A DNA stretch of 63,998 bases, the filler included, from an uncultured bacterium (GTDB taxonomy: Bacteria > CAYSBA01): NCBI GenBank assembly GCA_964429075.1. It is 10 parts of 10 records of this genome, joined end to end, with 100 filler letters (N's around TTAATTAATTAA, not from the genome) between each part and the next. Parts side by side here need not be neighbours in the genome. Positions count along the whole stretch, not along the records: positions 6,731 to 13,319 come from CAYSBA010000072.1; positions 13,420 to 19,999 come from CAYSBA010000073.1; positions 20,100 to 26,598 come from CAYSBA010000074.1; 7 more parts are not named here. One strand, given 5' to 3'. The first letter of the stretch is position 1, and each line of letters begins with the position of its first letter. Positions 11,393-21,556 of this stretch are shown here, in pieces. Under the pieces are notes generated by a model. That model did no database searches. It worked only from the letters and a program-made list of their open reading frames with translations, and had not been told where the DNA came from. Position numbers and translations under genes: made by a program.

Positions 11393-12274
11393 ATGGAAAA
11401 AGAAAAAGAGTTCTGGAGGTGGACAGAATACTCTTGGAGGGATCCAGATCTCAACTGGAAAGAGGCTGAGGTCCTGACCCTTGGTATTGATGTGGGCTCA
11501 GTAAGCTCTCAGGCTGTTATACTCGCAGATGGAAAGCTATTCGCTTACAGTACTGTCAGAACAGGTTCAAACAGCCCTGATAGTGCCAAAAAGGCATTTG
11601 ATGCTGCTGCAGATGGTACCGGGCTAACAATTGAAGATATGAAATATGTGGTCGGTACAGGCTACGGAAGGGTAAATGTCCCCTTTGCTCACAGGGCAAT
11701 AACAGAGATAGCCTGTCATGCAAGGGGTGCTAACTACATGGCCGGCTCAACAGTAAGGACAATTCTTGATATGGGTGGTCAGGATTGTAAGGCAATACAT
11801 TGCGATTCAAGAGGTAAGGTTACAAATTTTTTAATGAACGATAAATGTGCTGCGGGGACAGGCAGAGGTATGGAGGTGATCGCAGATCTCTTTCAGGTAC
11901 CGATAGAGGAACTCGGTCCCCTTTCCCTTCAGGTAGATGAAGATCCTGACCCGGTAAGCAGTACCTGTGTGGTATTTGCAAAGTCTGAGGCCATGGCACT
12001 CCTCAGAGAGGGCTGGTCCAAGAATGAGGTACTTGCTGCTTACTGTGCTGCAATGGTTCAGCGTATTGTAGCTCTACTTGAGAGGATAGGAATGGAGGAG
12101 GATTTTTTTATAACCGGCGGGATTGCAAAGAATGAAGGTATTGTAAAGAGGCTTGCAAAGGTCCTGGGTGTGGAACCTCTTAAGTCAAAGTATGATAGTC
12201 AGATAGCAGGAGCACTAGGCGCGGCCCTTTTTGCAAAGGCCCTGTATGAAAAAAAGGTTAAACAAGGTAAGTAG
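11393..12274 (+). CDS. bzdQ: benzoyl-CoA reductase ATPase/activase subunit Q
   Basis: FWRW N-terminus, GIDVGSVSSQA, DMGGQDCK and NDKCAAGTG. Confidence 0.92.
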   Translation: MEKEKEFWRWTEYSWRDPDLNWKEAEVLTLGIDVGSVSSQAVILADGKLFAYSTVRTGSNSPDSAKKAFDAAADGTGLTIEDMKYVVGTGYGRVNVPFAHRAITEIACHARGANYMAGSTVRTILDMGGQDCKAIHCDSRGKVTNFLMNDKCAAGTGRGMEVIADLFQVPIEELGPLSLQVDEDPDPVSSTCVVFAKSEAMALLREGWSKNEVLAAYCAAMVQRIVALLERIGMEEDFFITGGIAKNEGIVKRLAKVLGVEPLKSKYDSQIAGALGAALFAKALYEKKVKQGK

Positions 12275-12283
12275 GAGAGAAGC

Positions 12284-12559
12284 ATGATTGCAAACTATGG
12301 ATACAAGGATGGTTCTGGAGAGTTTTTTATTACAATAGATACAGACAAATGTATCGATTGTGGTGATAGAGGTTGTATTGATGCCTGTCCACAGCATGTA
12401 TTTGCCATAATTGTGGATGATTATGATGACGAGGTGTGTGAAGTTAAAGAGGAATTTCGAAACAGAATAAGATATGTGTGTGACCCCTGTAAGGGTAAGG
12501 GGGCTGAATTGCCCTGTCTTCTTGCATGTAAACCAGGTGCACTCAGTTTTTCATGGTAA
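12284..12559 (+). CDS. bzdM: 2[4Fe-4S] ferredoxin, BzdM-like
   Basis: IANYGYKDGSGEFFITIDTDKC start; two 4-Cys clusters; directly follows bzdQ. Confidence 0.8.
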   Translation: MIANYGYKDGSGEFFITIDTDKCIDCGDRGCIDACPQHVFAIIVDDYDDEVCEVKEEFRNRIRYVCDPCKGKGAELPCLLACKPGALSFSW

Positions 12560-13319
12560 AAATGAAGATTTTTGTAGACGGCAAAGAACACAGTATAACA
12601 GACAACTATAAAAATCTTGCCAGTCTTTTAGTAGATATTGGATATCAGATACCTGATCTATGCTGGCATCCAGCTTTATCCTTTCATATTCCAGAGCCAT
12701 CAGATTCTGTTCTGGTATGTGGGAAGAGATACAACAACGAAGGGCAAAAAGAGACCCTGCATGCCTGCTGGGTAATGGTCGATGGAAGAAAAGTACCATC
12801 ATGTTCCGTTCTACCCAGAGATGGTATGAATATAGAACTTCTTAACAATACTGTGGAAGATTCGTTTATAAAATACTTCAGTAACCATCCACATACATGC
12901 ATAACTTGTGAGTACAGAGAGGGCTGTACAAGAACACAGTGTTCACAAAATGTTCCGGTTAGTGAGAGATGCTGTAGTATTTTTAACGAATGCAGGCTGG
13001 TGGAACTATGTGACACCTTTGGCCTGCCTCCAAGTACACCTCGCTACAAACCCTCAAATTTACCCAAAGAGACACATGGTATCCTGACAATAAACAGAGA
13101 GCTTTGTACGGGATGTCTCTGTTGTGTAAGGATCTGCGCTGATACCTATGATAGACCTGCACTCGGTTATGTCTTTAATAACGGGCGTCCTTTGATCGGC
13201 TGGATAGAGGATGGTAACGATTGTCATCAGTGTGGACTATGTATTGAGGTCTGCCCAACGGGTGCACTTATGTATTCTAATAACACAAAAACAGTGCCCT
13301 CCTGTATTGATGGATGTGC
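12553..13319 (+). CDS. Fe-S oxidoreductase, N-terminal part (BzdV-like), truncated at contig end
   Basis: NuoG/Fdh-like N-terminal Fe-S region, HxxxCxxC motif, CTGCLCCVRIC and CHQCGLCIEVCP; ends PSCIDGC, like the start of a GltD/NfnB-type module. Confidence 0.65.
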
Positions 13320-13419
13320 NNNNNNNNNNNNNNNNNNNNNNNNNNNNNNNNNNNNNNNNNNNNTTAATTAATTAANNNNNNNNNNNNNNNNNNNNNNNNN
13401 NNNNNNNNNNNNNNNNNNN
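13320..13419. other. artificial contig spacer
   Basis: N44-TTAATTAATTAA-N44. Confidence 0.99.
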
Positions 13420-13420
13420 A

Positions 13421-13537
13421 ACAGAAAGGAGCTCTTACTATCTATTAAAGGAAGCTGATAAAATTAGAGATAGACTGATTTCAATGGGAGTCGAATTGAG
13501 AGATACAAAGGAGGGTACAGAGTGGTTCATAAGGTGA
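13421..13537 (+). CDS. cysS: cysteinyl-tRNA synthetase, 3' fragment
   Basis: Manual translation ...EADKIRDRLISMGVELRDTKEGTEWFIR*, the typical CysRS C-terminus. Confidence 0.75.
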   Translation, partial: TERSSYYLLKEADKIRDRLISMGVELRDTKEGTEWFIR

Positions 13538-14313
13538 TACCAGCAATTGTAGAGAGCTTATCCAGAAAAAGGATCCCCGGGCCATTAAGACCGTTAATTT
13601 TCAAAAGCTATTCTAAGATATTTGATGTAAATCTCCGTGAGCTTAATAGGCCGATCACAGATTATGAAAACCTAATAGATTTTTTTACAAGAGATGTGAA
13701 AAGAAAGGCCGATGAGGTGGAGCCACTATTCCCATCCGATGGGATTTTACGGCATTTCGGAAATGTCAAAGAGGGTGTTTTCAGAATAAAGGGATACACC
13801 TATAGGTTATCTGATTTTTTGCCATCTACAGAGGAAAGTCTGTTTAAAGATGGGGTATACTGGATATTTCATCTAAGGCCAGGTGATTATCATAGGGTGC
13901 ATAGCCCTGTATGTGGCAGAATATTCAATTACTGCTTTTTCCCTGGCAAGGTATATCCCGTAAACAGGATTGGTGAGAGGTTTGTATGTGGGCTTTATAG
14001 AAAAAATGCAAGGCTATCGATCCTAATGGATACAAAAGACTATGGGAAGGTATCTATTGTTATGATTGGTGCCTTTAACGTGGGTGTTATCGACTCTGTC
14101 TGTGGTCTTTTTGATGCAAAAAAAGATCTTTTTACTGACTGGCAGAGCATTGATATTAGAGTCAAGGCAGGTGATTGGATTGGCACATTCTATCTTGGGA
14201 GTACGGTGTTACTTTTAATGGAAAGGGGTTACGATTGTCTGATAAAAGAGGAGGGCAGGAAGGTGTCTGCCCTTGCCAGTATGCGAGAGGGGAATCAAAA
14301 CAAGGAGGAATGA
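13522..14313 (+). CDS. psd: phosphatidylserine decarboxylase proenzyme
   Basis: FFTR, PSDG, DYHRVHSP, GAFNVG and the LGST self-cleavage motif. Confidence 0.9.
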   Translation: MVHKVIPAIVESLSRKRIPGPLRPLIFKSYSKIFDVNLRELNRPITDYENLIDFFTRDVKRKADEVEPLFPSDGILRHFGNVKEGVFRIKGYTYRLSDFLPSTEESLFKDGVYWIFHLRPGDYHRVHSPVCGRIFNYCFFPGKVYPVNRIGERFVCGLYRKNARLSILMDTKDYGKVSIVMIGAFNVGVIDSVCGLFDAKKDLFTDWQSIDIRVKAGDWIGTFYLGSTVLLLMERGYDCLIKEEGRKVSALASMREGNQNKEE

Positions 14314-14315
14314 TG

Positions 14316-15158
14316 ATGAAATATCTAAAAGAGTGGGGCTTTTTTATTGTATCATGTCTTTTTTTAACCCTATTTGCTTGCAGTGGTACAAACAGAGAGA
14401 TAAGGATTATGCAAATAAAGCCTACATGTGAGATACAGCAGCTCAATGGGATAGCAACATCGTTTGATGATGTCAAAGTTACTGCCAGCTTTCACATTGC
14501 AAATCCATCTACTTCTGCACTTGAGATTAATTCTATTGAGTATACCATACAGGCTGTTGCGACTGGCTGGAAGACAACAGGTAAAATAAAGGCATCATCT
14601 CTAAGGGTGGAGCCAAATAAAGGCATTAATACGCCCTTTGAAATAAAATTAAGATATAAAGATTTGATGGCAAAGGGGGAAAAAAGCTCGTCAGTTTCTG
14701 CAAGATTAACAATGGTTGCAAGATTGTCTTCTGGTGGAAATGAACTCCAGTGTAGTGCGAATACTGTAGAGACCCTGCCGATGCCACAGATGCCAAGGGT
14801 GGATTTCAGGGATTTTCAGATAGGTAGATTCTCAAACAAAAAGGCAGAGTTAACTGCAGGAGTGTATATCGTTAATCCAAATCCCTTTAAATTGAAGGTT
14901 GATGGTCTTAAGTATAAGATATTTGTAAATGAAAAGGAGGTTGGATCGGATGAGGTGGCCTATGATGAGACAATATTACCAAACGCATCACTCGAATACG
15001 ATCTCTCGGCCATGCTTAATGAAGAAACATATGGTAAAGAGGTAGTTAAGCTGTTAAAGGAGAAGTTTTTGAAGTACAGGGTGGAGGCTGAGCTTACTGT
15101 TGGTGGTCAAAAAAAGATATTTTCAACAGAGGGTGAGGTAAAATTAGAAGAAAAGTAG
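14316..15158 (+). CDS. LEA type 2 (WHy) double-domain lipoprotein
   Basis: RBS AAGGAGG; lipobox LFAC; two NP-motif domains (IANPS, IVNPNPF). Confidence 0.75.
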   Translation: MKYLKEWGFFIVSCLFLTLFACSGTNREIRIMQIKPTCEIQQLNGIATSFDDVKVTASFHIANPSTSALEINSIEYTIQAVATGWKTTGKIKASSLRVEPNKGINTPFEIKLRYKDLMAKGEKSSSVSARLTMVARLSSGGNELQCSANTVETLPMPQMPRVDFRDFQIGRFSNKKAELTAGVYIVNPNPFKLKVDGLKYKIFVNEKEVGSDEVAYDETILPNASLEYDLSAMLNEETYGKEVVKLLKEKFLKYRVEAELTVGGQKKIFSTEGEVKLEEK

Positions 15159-15168
15159 TTATACACCA

Positions 15169-16386
15169 ATGGAAATTGTTTTTGCAAGACATATGGGATT
15201 GTGTTGGGGTGTTAAAAGGGCGATTAAGATGGCAGAGGATGCCATTGATAGATATGGCAGAGTGGTTGCAACAGGTCCACTCGTACATAATAAAAGGGTG
15301 AACAGTAATCTTAAAGAACGTGGCCTTGTTTTTTCAGATATCAATGATGTAGATGATGGTACCGTTGTCTTGATAAGGACCCATAGCCTTGAGGCAGGAT
15401 TCTACAAAAGATTAAAAGATAAAAACAGCATTATAGTAGATGCAACATGTCCTTATGTAAGGATACCTATCAATAAATGTAGTCTTTATTCAAAACGGGG
15501 ATATACGGTTGTCGTTGCCGGTAAAAAGGATCATCCAGAAGTTAGGGCAGTTGTAAGTTATGCAAAGGGCAGGGTAGTGGTTGTGAATGATCCAGAAGAA
15601 CTCGAAGGATTTAGTGAAAAACGTGTTGCCCTACTTGCTCAAACAACTCTACGAAAGGATCGTTTTGATAAGATTAAGGAACGTCTGTCACAATGTTGTG
15701 GTGAGCTTGTAATAATAGATACAATCTGTGATGCAACTACATTGAGGCAAAAAAGCACAGAAGAATTGGCACAAAGTACCGATGTTATTCTTATTATTGG
15801 AGATAGAACCAGTGCAAATACAAATCATCTTTTTGAGATCGCAAAGAGATTCAATGAGAATGCATACTTTGTACAGGATGCGGATGAAATCGATCCATCG
15901 TGGTTTTCAGATCCATCAATAAGGGTTGGTATTACTGCAGGGGCATCCACTCCAGATGAAATGATAAAAGAGTGTGTTGAAAAAATAAAGTTTATTGAGC
16001 ATGAAAAATGGGGCGAGCGTTTTGAAGATTTTATAAAGAACATACCAGATGGTGCTACATATAGTGCAATATCAGAAAAGGGGTCTATAAAACCTCAGAA
16101 AAAGTCAATTCATCATAAAAGGGATACTGCGACGATTGATCTTCATGGGCTTTTTGTAGAAGAGGCCCTATTAAAATTAAAGAATAAAATAGTAAGTCTT
16201 CTTGGGAAAAACGTTGAATTGAGGATTATACACGGTAAGGGGATACACAGTCCCGAAGGTAGATCCATCTTACAGAAAGCTGTAAGGGAATGGCTTGATG
16301 GAGAGGGCAGGTCATTTATAAGATCGTTCAGAACCGGTAGACCTAAAGAGGGTGGAGATGGTGTAACTATTGTGGTGGTAAAATGA
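15169..16386 (+). CDS. ispH: HMBPP reductase IspH fused to a C-terminal Smr domain
   Basis: GLCWGVKRA, DATCPYV, HPEV, QTT, TICDAT and GITAGASTP, then DLHG, IIHGKG and EGGDGVTIV in the same frame. Confidence 0.9.
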   Translation: MEIVFARHMGLCWGVKRAIKMAEDAIDRYGRVVATGPLVHNKRVNSNLKERGLVFSDINDVDDGTVVLIRTHSLEAGFYKRLKDKNSIIVDATCPYVRIPINKCSLYSKRGYTVVVAGKKDHPEVRAVVSYAKGRVVVVNDPEELEGFSEKRVALLAQTTLRKDRFDKIKERLSQCCGELVIIDTICDATTLRQKSTEELAQSTDVILIIGDRTSANTNHLFEIAKRFNENAYFVQDADEIDPSWFSDPSIRVGITAGASTPDEMIKECVEKIKFIEHEKWGERFEDFIKNIPDGATYSAISEKGSIKPQKKSIHHKRDTATIDLHGLFVEEALLKLKNKIVSLLGKNVELRIIHGKGIHSPEGRSILQKAVREWLDGEGRSFIRSFRTGRPKEGGDGVTIVVVK

Positions 16387-16392
16387 AAGATC

Positions 16393-17277
16393 ATGAGATT
16401 GAGTGATGCAATAGACCTATTTCTTGATCATCTTATCGTTGAGAAGAATTACAGCCCAAACACGATTTCAGCATACGGGAGAGATTTAGACAGGCTAGCT
16501 GAGTTTTTAAAGGACCCTGATGTAAGAAAAATCAACCCGGAAGGTCTATTGAGGTATATCCGTCATCTCGCAAAGAAGGGACTTTCTGCAAGATCGAGAG
16601 ATAGAGTCATATCAAGTATCAGGAGCATGTTCAAGTTTCTTGTGAATGAAGGGGTTTTAAAGACCAGTCCTGCATCTGAGCTTATACTTCCAAAGGTACC
16701 CCGAGATATACCAGATGTACTTACGGTTGAAGAGACCGAAAGGCTGCTTTCTGCACCTGACAAAAATAGTTTACTTGGTATCCGTGACAGTGCTATATTA
16801 GAGCTTTTGTATGCTACCGGTATTCGAGTAAGTGAACTATGTAATATAGATTACGACGATATTGATTTAGAAAAGGGGATACTGCTTGTTTTTGGTAAGG
16901 GGTCCAAAGAGAGGGTTGTACCGGTAGGTGAAAAGGCAAGACAGGCGGTAATTCAATATTCTGAATACTCCCGGAATGTTTTAATCGGTATGGGGAAAAC
17001 AAGTGCTCTTTTTGTTAATAGATTCGGAAAAAGGATAAGCAGACAGGGTGTCTGGAAGATGATTAAGGGATATCTTATAAAGTGTGGTCTCGATCCAGGG
17101 ATTTCACCACACAAACTGAGGCACTCTTTTGCTACACATCTACTTGAAAGGGGGGCAGATATAAGGAGTGTTCAGATTCTGCTTGGTCATTCTGATATAT
17201 CAACAACACAGATCTATACACATGTTGCAAAAGAGAGGCTTAAAAGATTAAAAGAGAAGTATCATCCAAGGGGATGA
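16393..17277 (+). CDS. xerD: site-specific tyrosine recombinase XerD
   Basis: LYATGIRVSE, GKGSKER, HKLRHSFATH, LGHSDISTTQIY and YHPRG terminus. Confidence 0.93.
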   Translation: MRLSDAIDLFLDHLIVEKNYSPNTISAYGRDLDRLAEFLKDPDVRKINPEGLLRYIRHLAKKGLSARSRDRVISSIRSMFKFLVNEGVLKTSPASELILPKVPRDIPDVLTVEETERLLSAPDKNSLLGIRDSAILELLYATGIRVSELCNIDYDDIDLEKGILLVFGKGSKERVVPVGEKARQAVIQYSEYSRNVLIGMGKTSALFVNRFGKRISRQGVWKMIKGYLIKCGLDPGISPHKLRHSFATHLLERGADIRSVQILLGHSDISTTQIYTHVAKERLKRLKEKYHPRG

Positions 17278-17287
17278 CCTGAACAAT

Positions 17288-17304
17288 CTGGCATGGATTT
17301 TGCA
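17288..17304 (+). promoter_or_regulatory. sigma54 (-24/-12) promoter
   Basis: CTGGCATGGATTTTGCA matches TGGCA...TTGCA with exact GG-N10-GC spacing. Confidence 0.65.
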
Positions 17305-17375
17305 AAAAAATTGATTGATGGTTGACGGTAGATACAAAATTATGCTATGTTATTTTTAAAAGCATGGAGTTTACC

Positions 17376-19999
17376 ATGAAATTTTTACATAAGAGTTATG
17401 TTTTTCTGCTACTATTTTTGGTTTTTTGTTTAGGATACACAAAGTTCTCTTTTGCACAGACCCCCCCACCCGATTTGATACCTTACCAGGGGATATTAAA
17501 CAATCTCGATGGGACTCCTGTTAATGGGACAGCCGATCTCATCTTCAGGATATATAACGATCCTCTTGCAGGTACAGAACTATGGGGTGAGAAACACACT
17601 GGTGTAACCATCAGTAACGGTCTGTTTGAGGTAATCCTCGGTTCTGGTTCAGCTGTCGGCTCTGAACCACATCCATCCTTGAGCTCTGTGATTGCTTCAG
17701 GCAGTGCCCTTTACCTTACTATTCAGGTCAATTCCGACACTGAGATGAGCCCCCGTCAACGAATCGCAACAAGTGCCTATTCTCTTAATGCCGATCTATT
17801 TGATGGGTATGATAGCTCAGATTTTTATACTCGGACACAGGCTGATGCTGCCTTTGTAAATGTCACCGGAGACACCATGACAGGTAATCTCACCATCTCT
17901 GGTGCCAACTTTTCTGTAACAGGCACTGCAACAGTTGGCTCCAACATAACTGTGGGAGGAAATGCAACTGTATCCGGTAATATGAATATTGCAGGAAGTG
18001 CTCAGATACAAACTAATCTATCTGTAAGTGGTTCTGGTAGTATTGGTGGCGCACTCTCTGTAACTGGCAACATCAGCACAGGTGGCAACATCATAATGAG
18101 CAACAAAAATATCACCGGGGTTAATTCTATATCTATGACAGGCGGTGACATAACAAATGCAGGCAACATATCGATGACCGGCAATCTGAACACCGGTGGT
18201 GCAGCATCTATAAGTGGGAATACAAGCATAGGTGGTACGTTAACAGTAAATGGTGCAACAACAGCTAACGGTGCAGTTACTGTAAACAACGATGTCACCA
18301 TAAAAGGCAACCTCTCTATGAGTGGTGTCAGTAAGACTATAGATATGAACAATAACAAGATAGTTAATCTTGGGAATCCTACTGCAAACTACGATGCAGC
18401 AACAAAGTGGTATGTGGATAATGCAATTGTTTCTGGTAACTTTGTAAAACGTTCTGGTGACACAATGACCGGTGCGCTTCAATTCAGTGCAGGTATCGGG
18501 AATGCACTTGTACTAAACGATAATAATGTCATTGGTGTAAATGCCATCTATGCAGATGTAGGCTCAGATGCGGGGTACCGCTTTACAGCTGATAATGCGG
18601 GTATATATGTATCCTCTAATACTGATGGTTCTGGTACCCTTGCAGGATATCTACATTTGTTTCCAAGTTCCCAGAAACAGATTCTTGTCCATGGAAGGTT
18701 GGTTATGATGGACAATGGTACCACACAGGGTAACATCAATATGAATGGTAATGCTATTTATAATGTGTCACAGTTAAAAGGTACAGCAGGATCAACACTA
18801 TATATAAACTATAATACCTCTGGTGAGATCCATATTGGTCAGGGTGCAAATGGAACCTTGAGGACCTATGGTGCAAACTATCTTGGAAATTCTGCAACTG
18901 AGCACACCTATATAAGTGGTGATGCCTATGTAGAGGGTGCAGATCTCATATTATATTCCGACACGTCCACCTATTCGAGGATTTGGTTGTCTGGAGGGAC
19001 AAACGCTGATGCAAATGGATCGGATTATATGCGTTTCAGGGACAGTGATAATACATTCTGGCTTGTCGCAGATGGTTCTACAAGGTTGAAACTAACAGGC
19101 TCTACTCTCTCAATTTATGGAAATATGGACGCCAACAATTACAAAATAACAAACCTTGCCGATGCTACTTTAGATCAGGATGCGGTAAACCTGAGGACCG
19201 CAAGGCAGGAGATTCAGAACTACTTGGGTGGTGGGTACTCTGGAGATTTAGCGGTTGCGCATGGCTACAAGCTGATATTTCAGGACGATACAGATCCAAA
19301 TCTTGGTTTTTTCAAAGAGATAACACCTGCCACTACTGATGGAATTGATATTGGGATGTATGTACTTAACAATACAGGGGCTACAGATTCGACAAGATTT
19401 TCTATCTGGGGTGGAACAAGTGAGGCTACGGCCTCTTTGATGCACTATTTTACCTCAACTGGTAAGGCCTATCACGCCACAAATCTTACAATTGGTTCAA
19501 CCACCCCTGTGACCCTCTATCCGAATGGGGCTGGTGCGCTTGTGGTTTCAAATACAAATGGCTATGTAATTGTTGGCCCGCAGAACAGTGGCTGGTCCCA
19601 TTTTTATACCAACAGAGCACGGTATTACTTTGATAAAGAGATTGTTGTTGGTAATGGATTTTTTGGTAGCTACATTGGTGTTCCACTCAGATTACAGGCA
19701 CCATACGGTTCTACAAGAATGACTATACTTACAAATGGTAATGTTGGAATAGGTACCACATCACCTCAGAGAAGGCTTGAGATTTACAGCACAAGTTATC
19801 AATTAAGACTTAGTGGATCCGGTCCAAACGGTATCGAATTTAGAGATTCTGCTGGAGCTGGTCTTAATCTACTTTACCGCACATCATCAGATAGATTGCA
19901 GATAGAAAATGGATCTAGTGTTGCACTCTTTTCAGTAGATAGAGGCACCCAGCAGGTATACATCAAGGGTGCAACAGGTATTGGTACCAGGCCCTCTGG
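17376..19999 (+). CDS. secreted trimeric fibre / adhesin-like protein, 3' truncated
   Basis: Sec signal; N-terminal YQG...GLFEVILG...PRQRI domain; Gly/Asn/Thr beta-repeats; two YadA-stalk-like motifs (KIVNLGNP..DAAT, KITNLAD..DAVN); GDTMTG and GNVGIGTTSP motifs. Confidence 0.7.
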
Positions 20000-20099
20000 N
20001 NNNNNNNNNNNNNNNNNNNNNNNNNNNNNNNNNNNNNNNNNNNTTAATTAATTAANNNNNNNNNNNNNNNNNNNNNNNNNNNNNNNNNNNNNNNNNNNN
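20000..20099. other. artificial contig spacer
   Basis: N44-TTAATTAATTAA-N44. Confidence 0.99.
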
Positions 20100-21476
20100 A
20101 TTTACAGCTATTGGTCTGATATCAGTATTAGGGAGGATTTTTACTTTCGATAATGCCCTTTTAAAGGATTTAACTCTACTTGGATGTAGACTAAATTTGA
20201 TAAATTCTGGTGTCATGTAGCGCCATAAATCCAATTTTCTGTTTAACCTTTTTAAAATTTTTTCTTTTTCTGGTCCTGTACCTGCAACAAGTGTAACGCC
20301 TTCAATAGGATAAATTGTTGTTTTATAAAAGACTCTATCAAGCCCTTCTTTGATCGATGCAACAATCTCAGCCTCCCATTTATCAAGGTAATTCTGTCCC
20401 CCTGGTAAAAAAGTTAGCACTCTTGCTCCCTTTTTTAAAAAAGGTAAAAGCATGTTAAAAAAATCCACAGTATAGTATCTAACGTTAAAGAGATCCGATG
20501 GTGCTGGTGCTACAAGAAGTATTGTGTCGAACAATCCCTTCAGTCTGCCTCCCTTTATAATGCTCCTTGCATCACCAAATATTATTTTTAGATCTTTGTG
20601 ATTTTTACATCCAGTATGCATCATTCTCTGTAGCATCAAAATAGAAGGGTCTAATTCCACTGCAACAACTTTTTTAAAGAGCCTATTCCATTTTGAACAC
20701 GCAAAAAAGCTTGAACCTGGTCCCAAAATCAGTATGTCACCACCGCCAGATATACCATATGCAAGGCCCATTTTTATCTCCAAATCCCTCTCATCTTTAC
20801 TACTGAATAAATAGGAAGAATTCATATATAAAGAGGACTGGTTGCTATTTATGTACAGACTCAGCCTACCAAACTTGGTTTCCTTAACAAAAAATGGTTT
20901 ATTTTTCATAAAATGTTGAAAACTCCATAGGGGATCTCTAACTGACATAACAGGAAAAACTGTAATTGTAAGCAAGTGTAAAAATACAAGTGCTTTTTTA
21001 TTTTTTATGTATAAAAAAAGTAAAATTTGAGCCATAAGTATAGAAAAAACAAAAAAGAGTCCTGCACCAAAGAACTGCAAAAGATAAAAGGTACCACTAC
21101 CTATACCTGCCCCCAGACATTCTGAGGCATACACCTCTACAGGATCGTTACCCTCTTTAATAAAATAGGGGAATAGTATGCCGCCCAAAAATGCAACAGG
21201 AATCGGTATGAGCACAGCAAGGATTGAATCTACAGAGAGCCTCTTTATTTCACCAAAGGGCCATATCAAATCTATTCTTCTTATTGAAATTCCTGTTATC
21301 AATGCAACAATTAAAAGTAATAAAAGAAGATATTGGCCCTTCACATATTTAATGAAGTCTTTTTTTGAGACCGCTATCACACCAAAAGTTGATGATAACA
21401 ACCACGCAGCAAGATATAGGCCCAGTATTAACTCAAGACCCTCGGTTACATAGAATATCTCTCTAAGCAGCATCAT
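20100..21476 (-). CDS. membrane-fused spermidine synthase-like / class I SAM-dependent protein, 3' truncated
   Basis: About 7 TM segments, then ILILGPG, VELDP, GDAR and PNTDIRP; true start may lie slightly upstream. Confidence 0.7.
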
Positions 21477-21556
21477 CTGAAGGCATGAGGAGATAAGACC
21501 ATACAGATAAGGATATCTCAGTATTGATGATCTATGAAATCGTTTAATTACCCCAT

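Noticed and set aside
16393-19999. Prophage (integrase plus tail fibre)
   Set aside because: The recombinase has XerD hallmarks and sits in a housekeeping operon; the fibre has a Sec signal; no other phage genes are present
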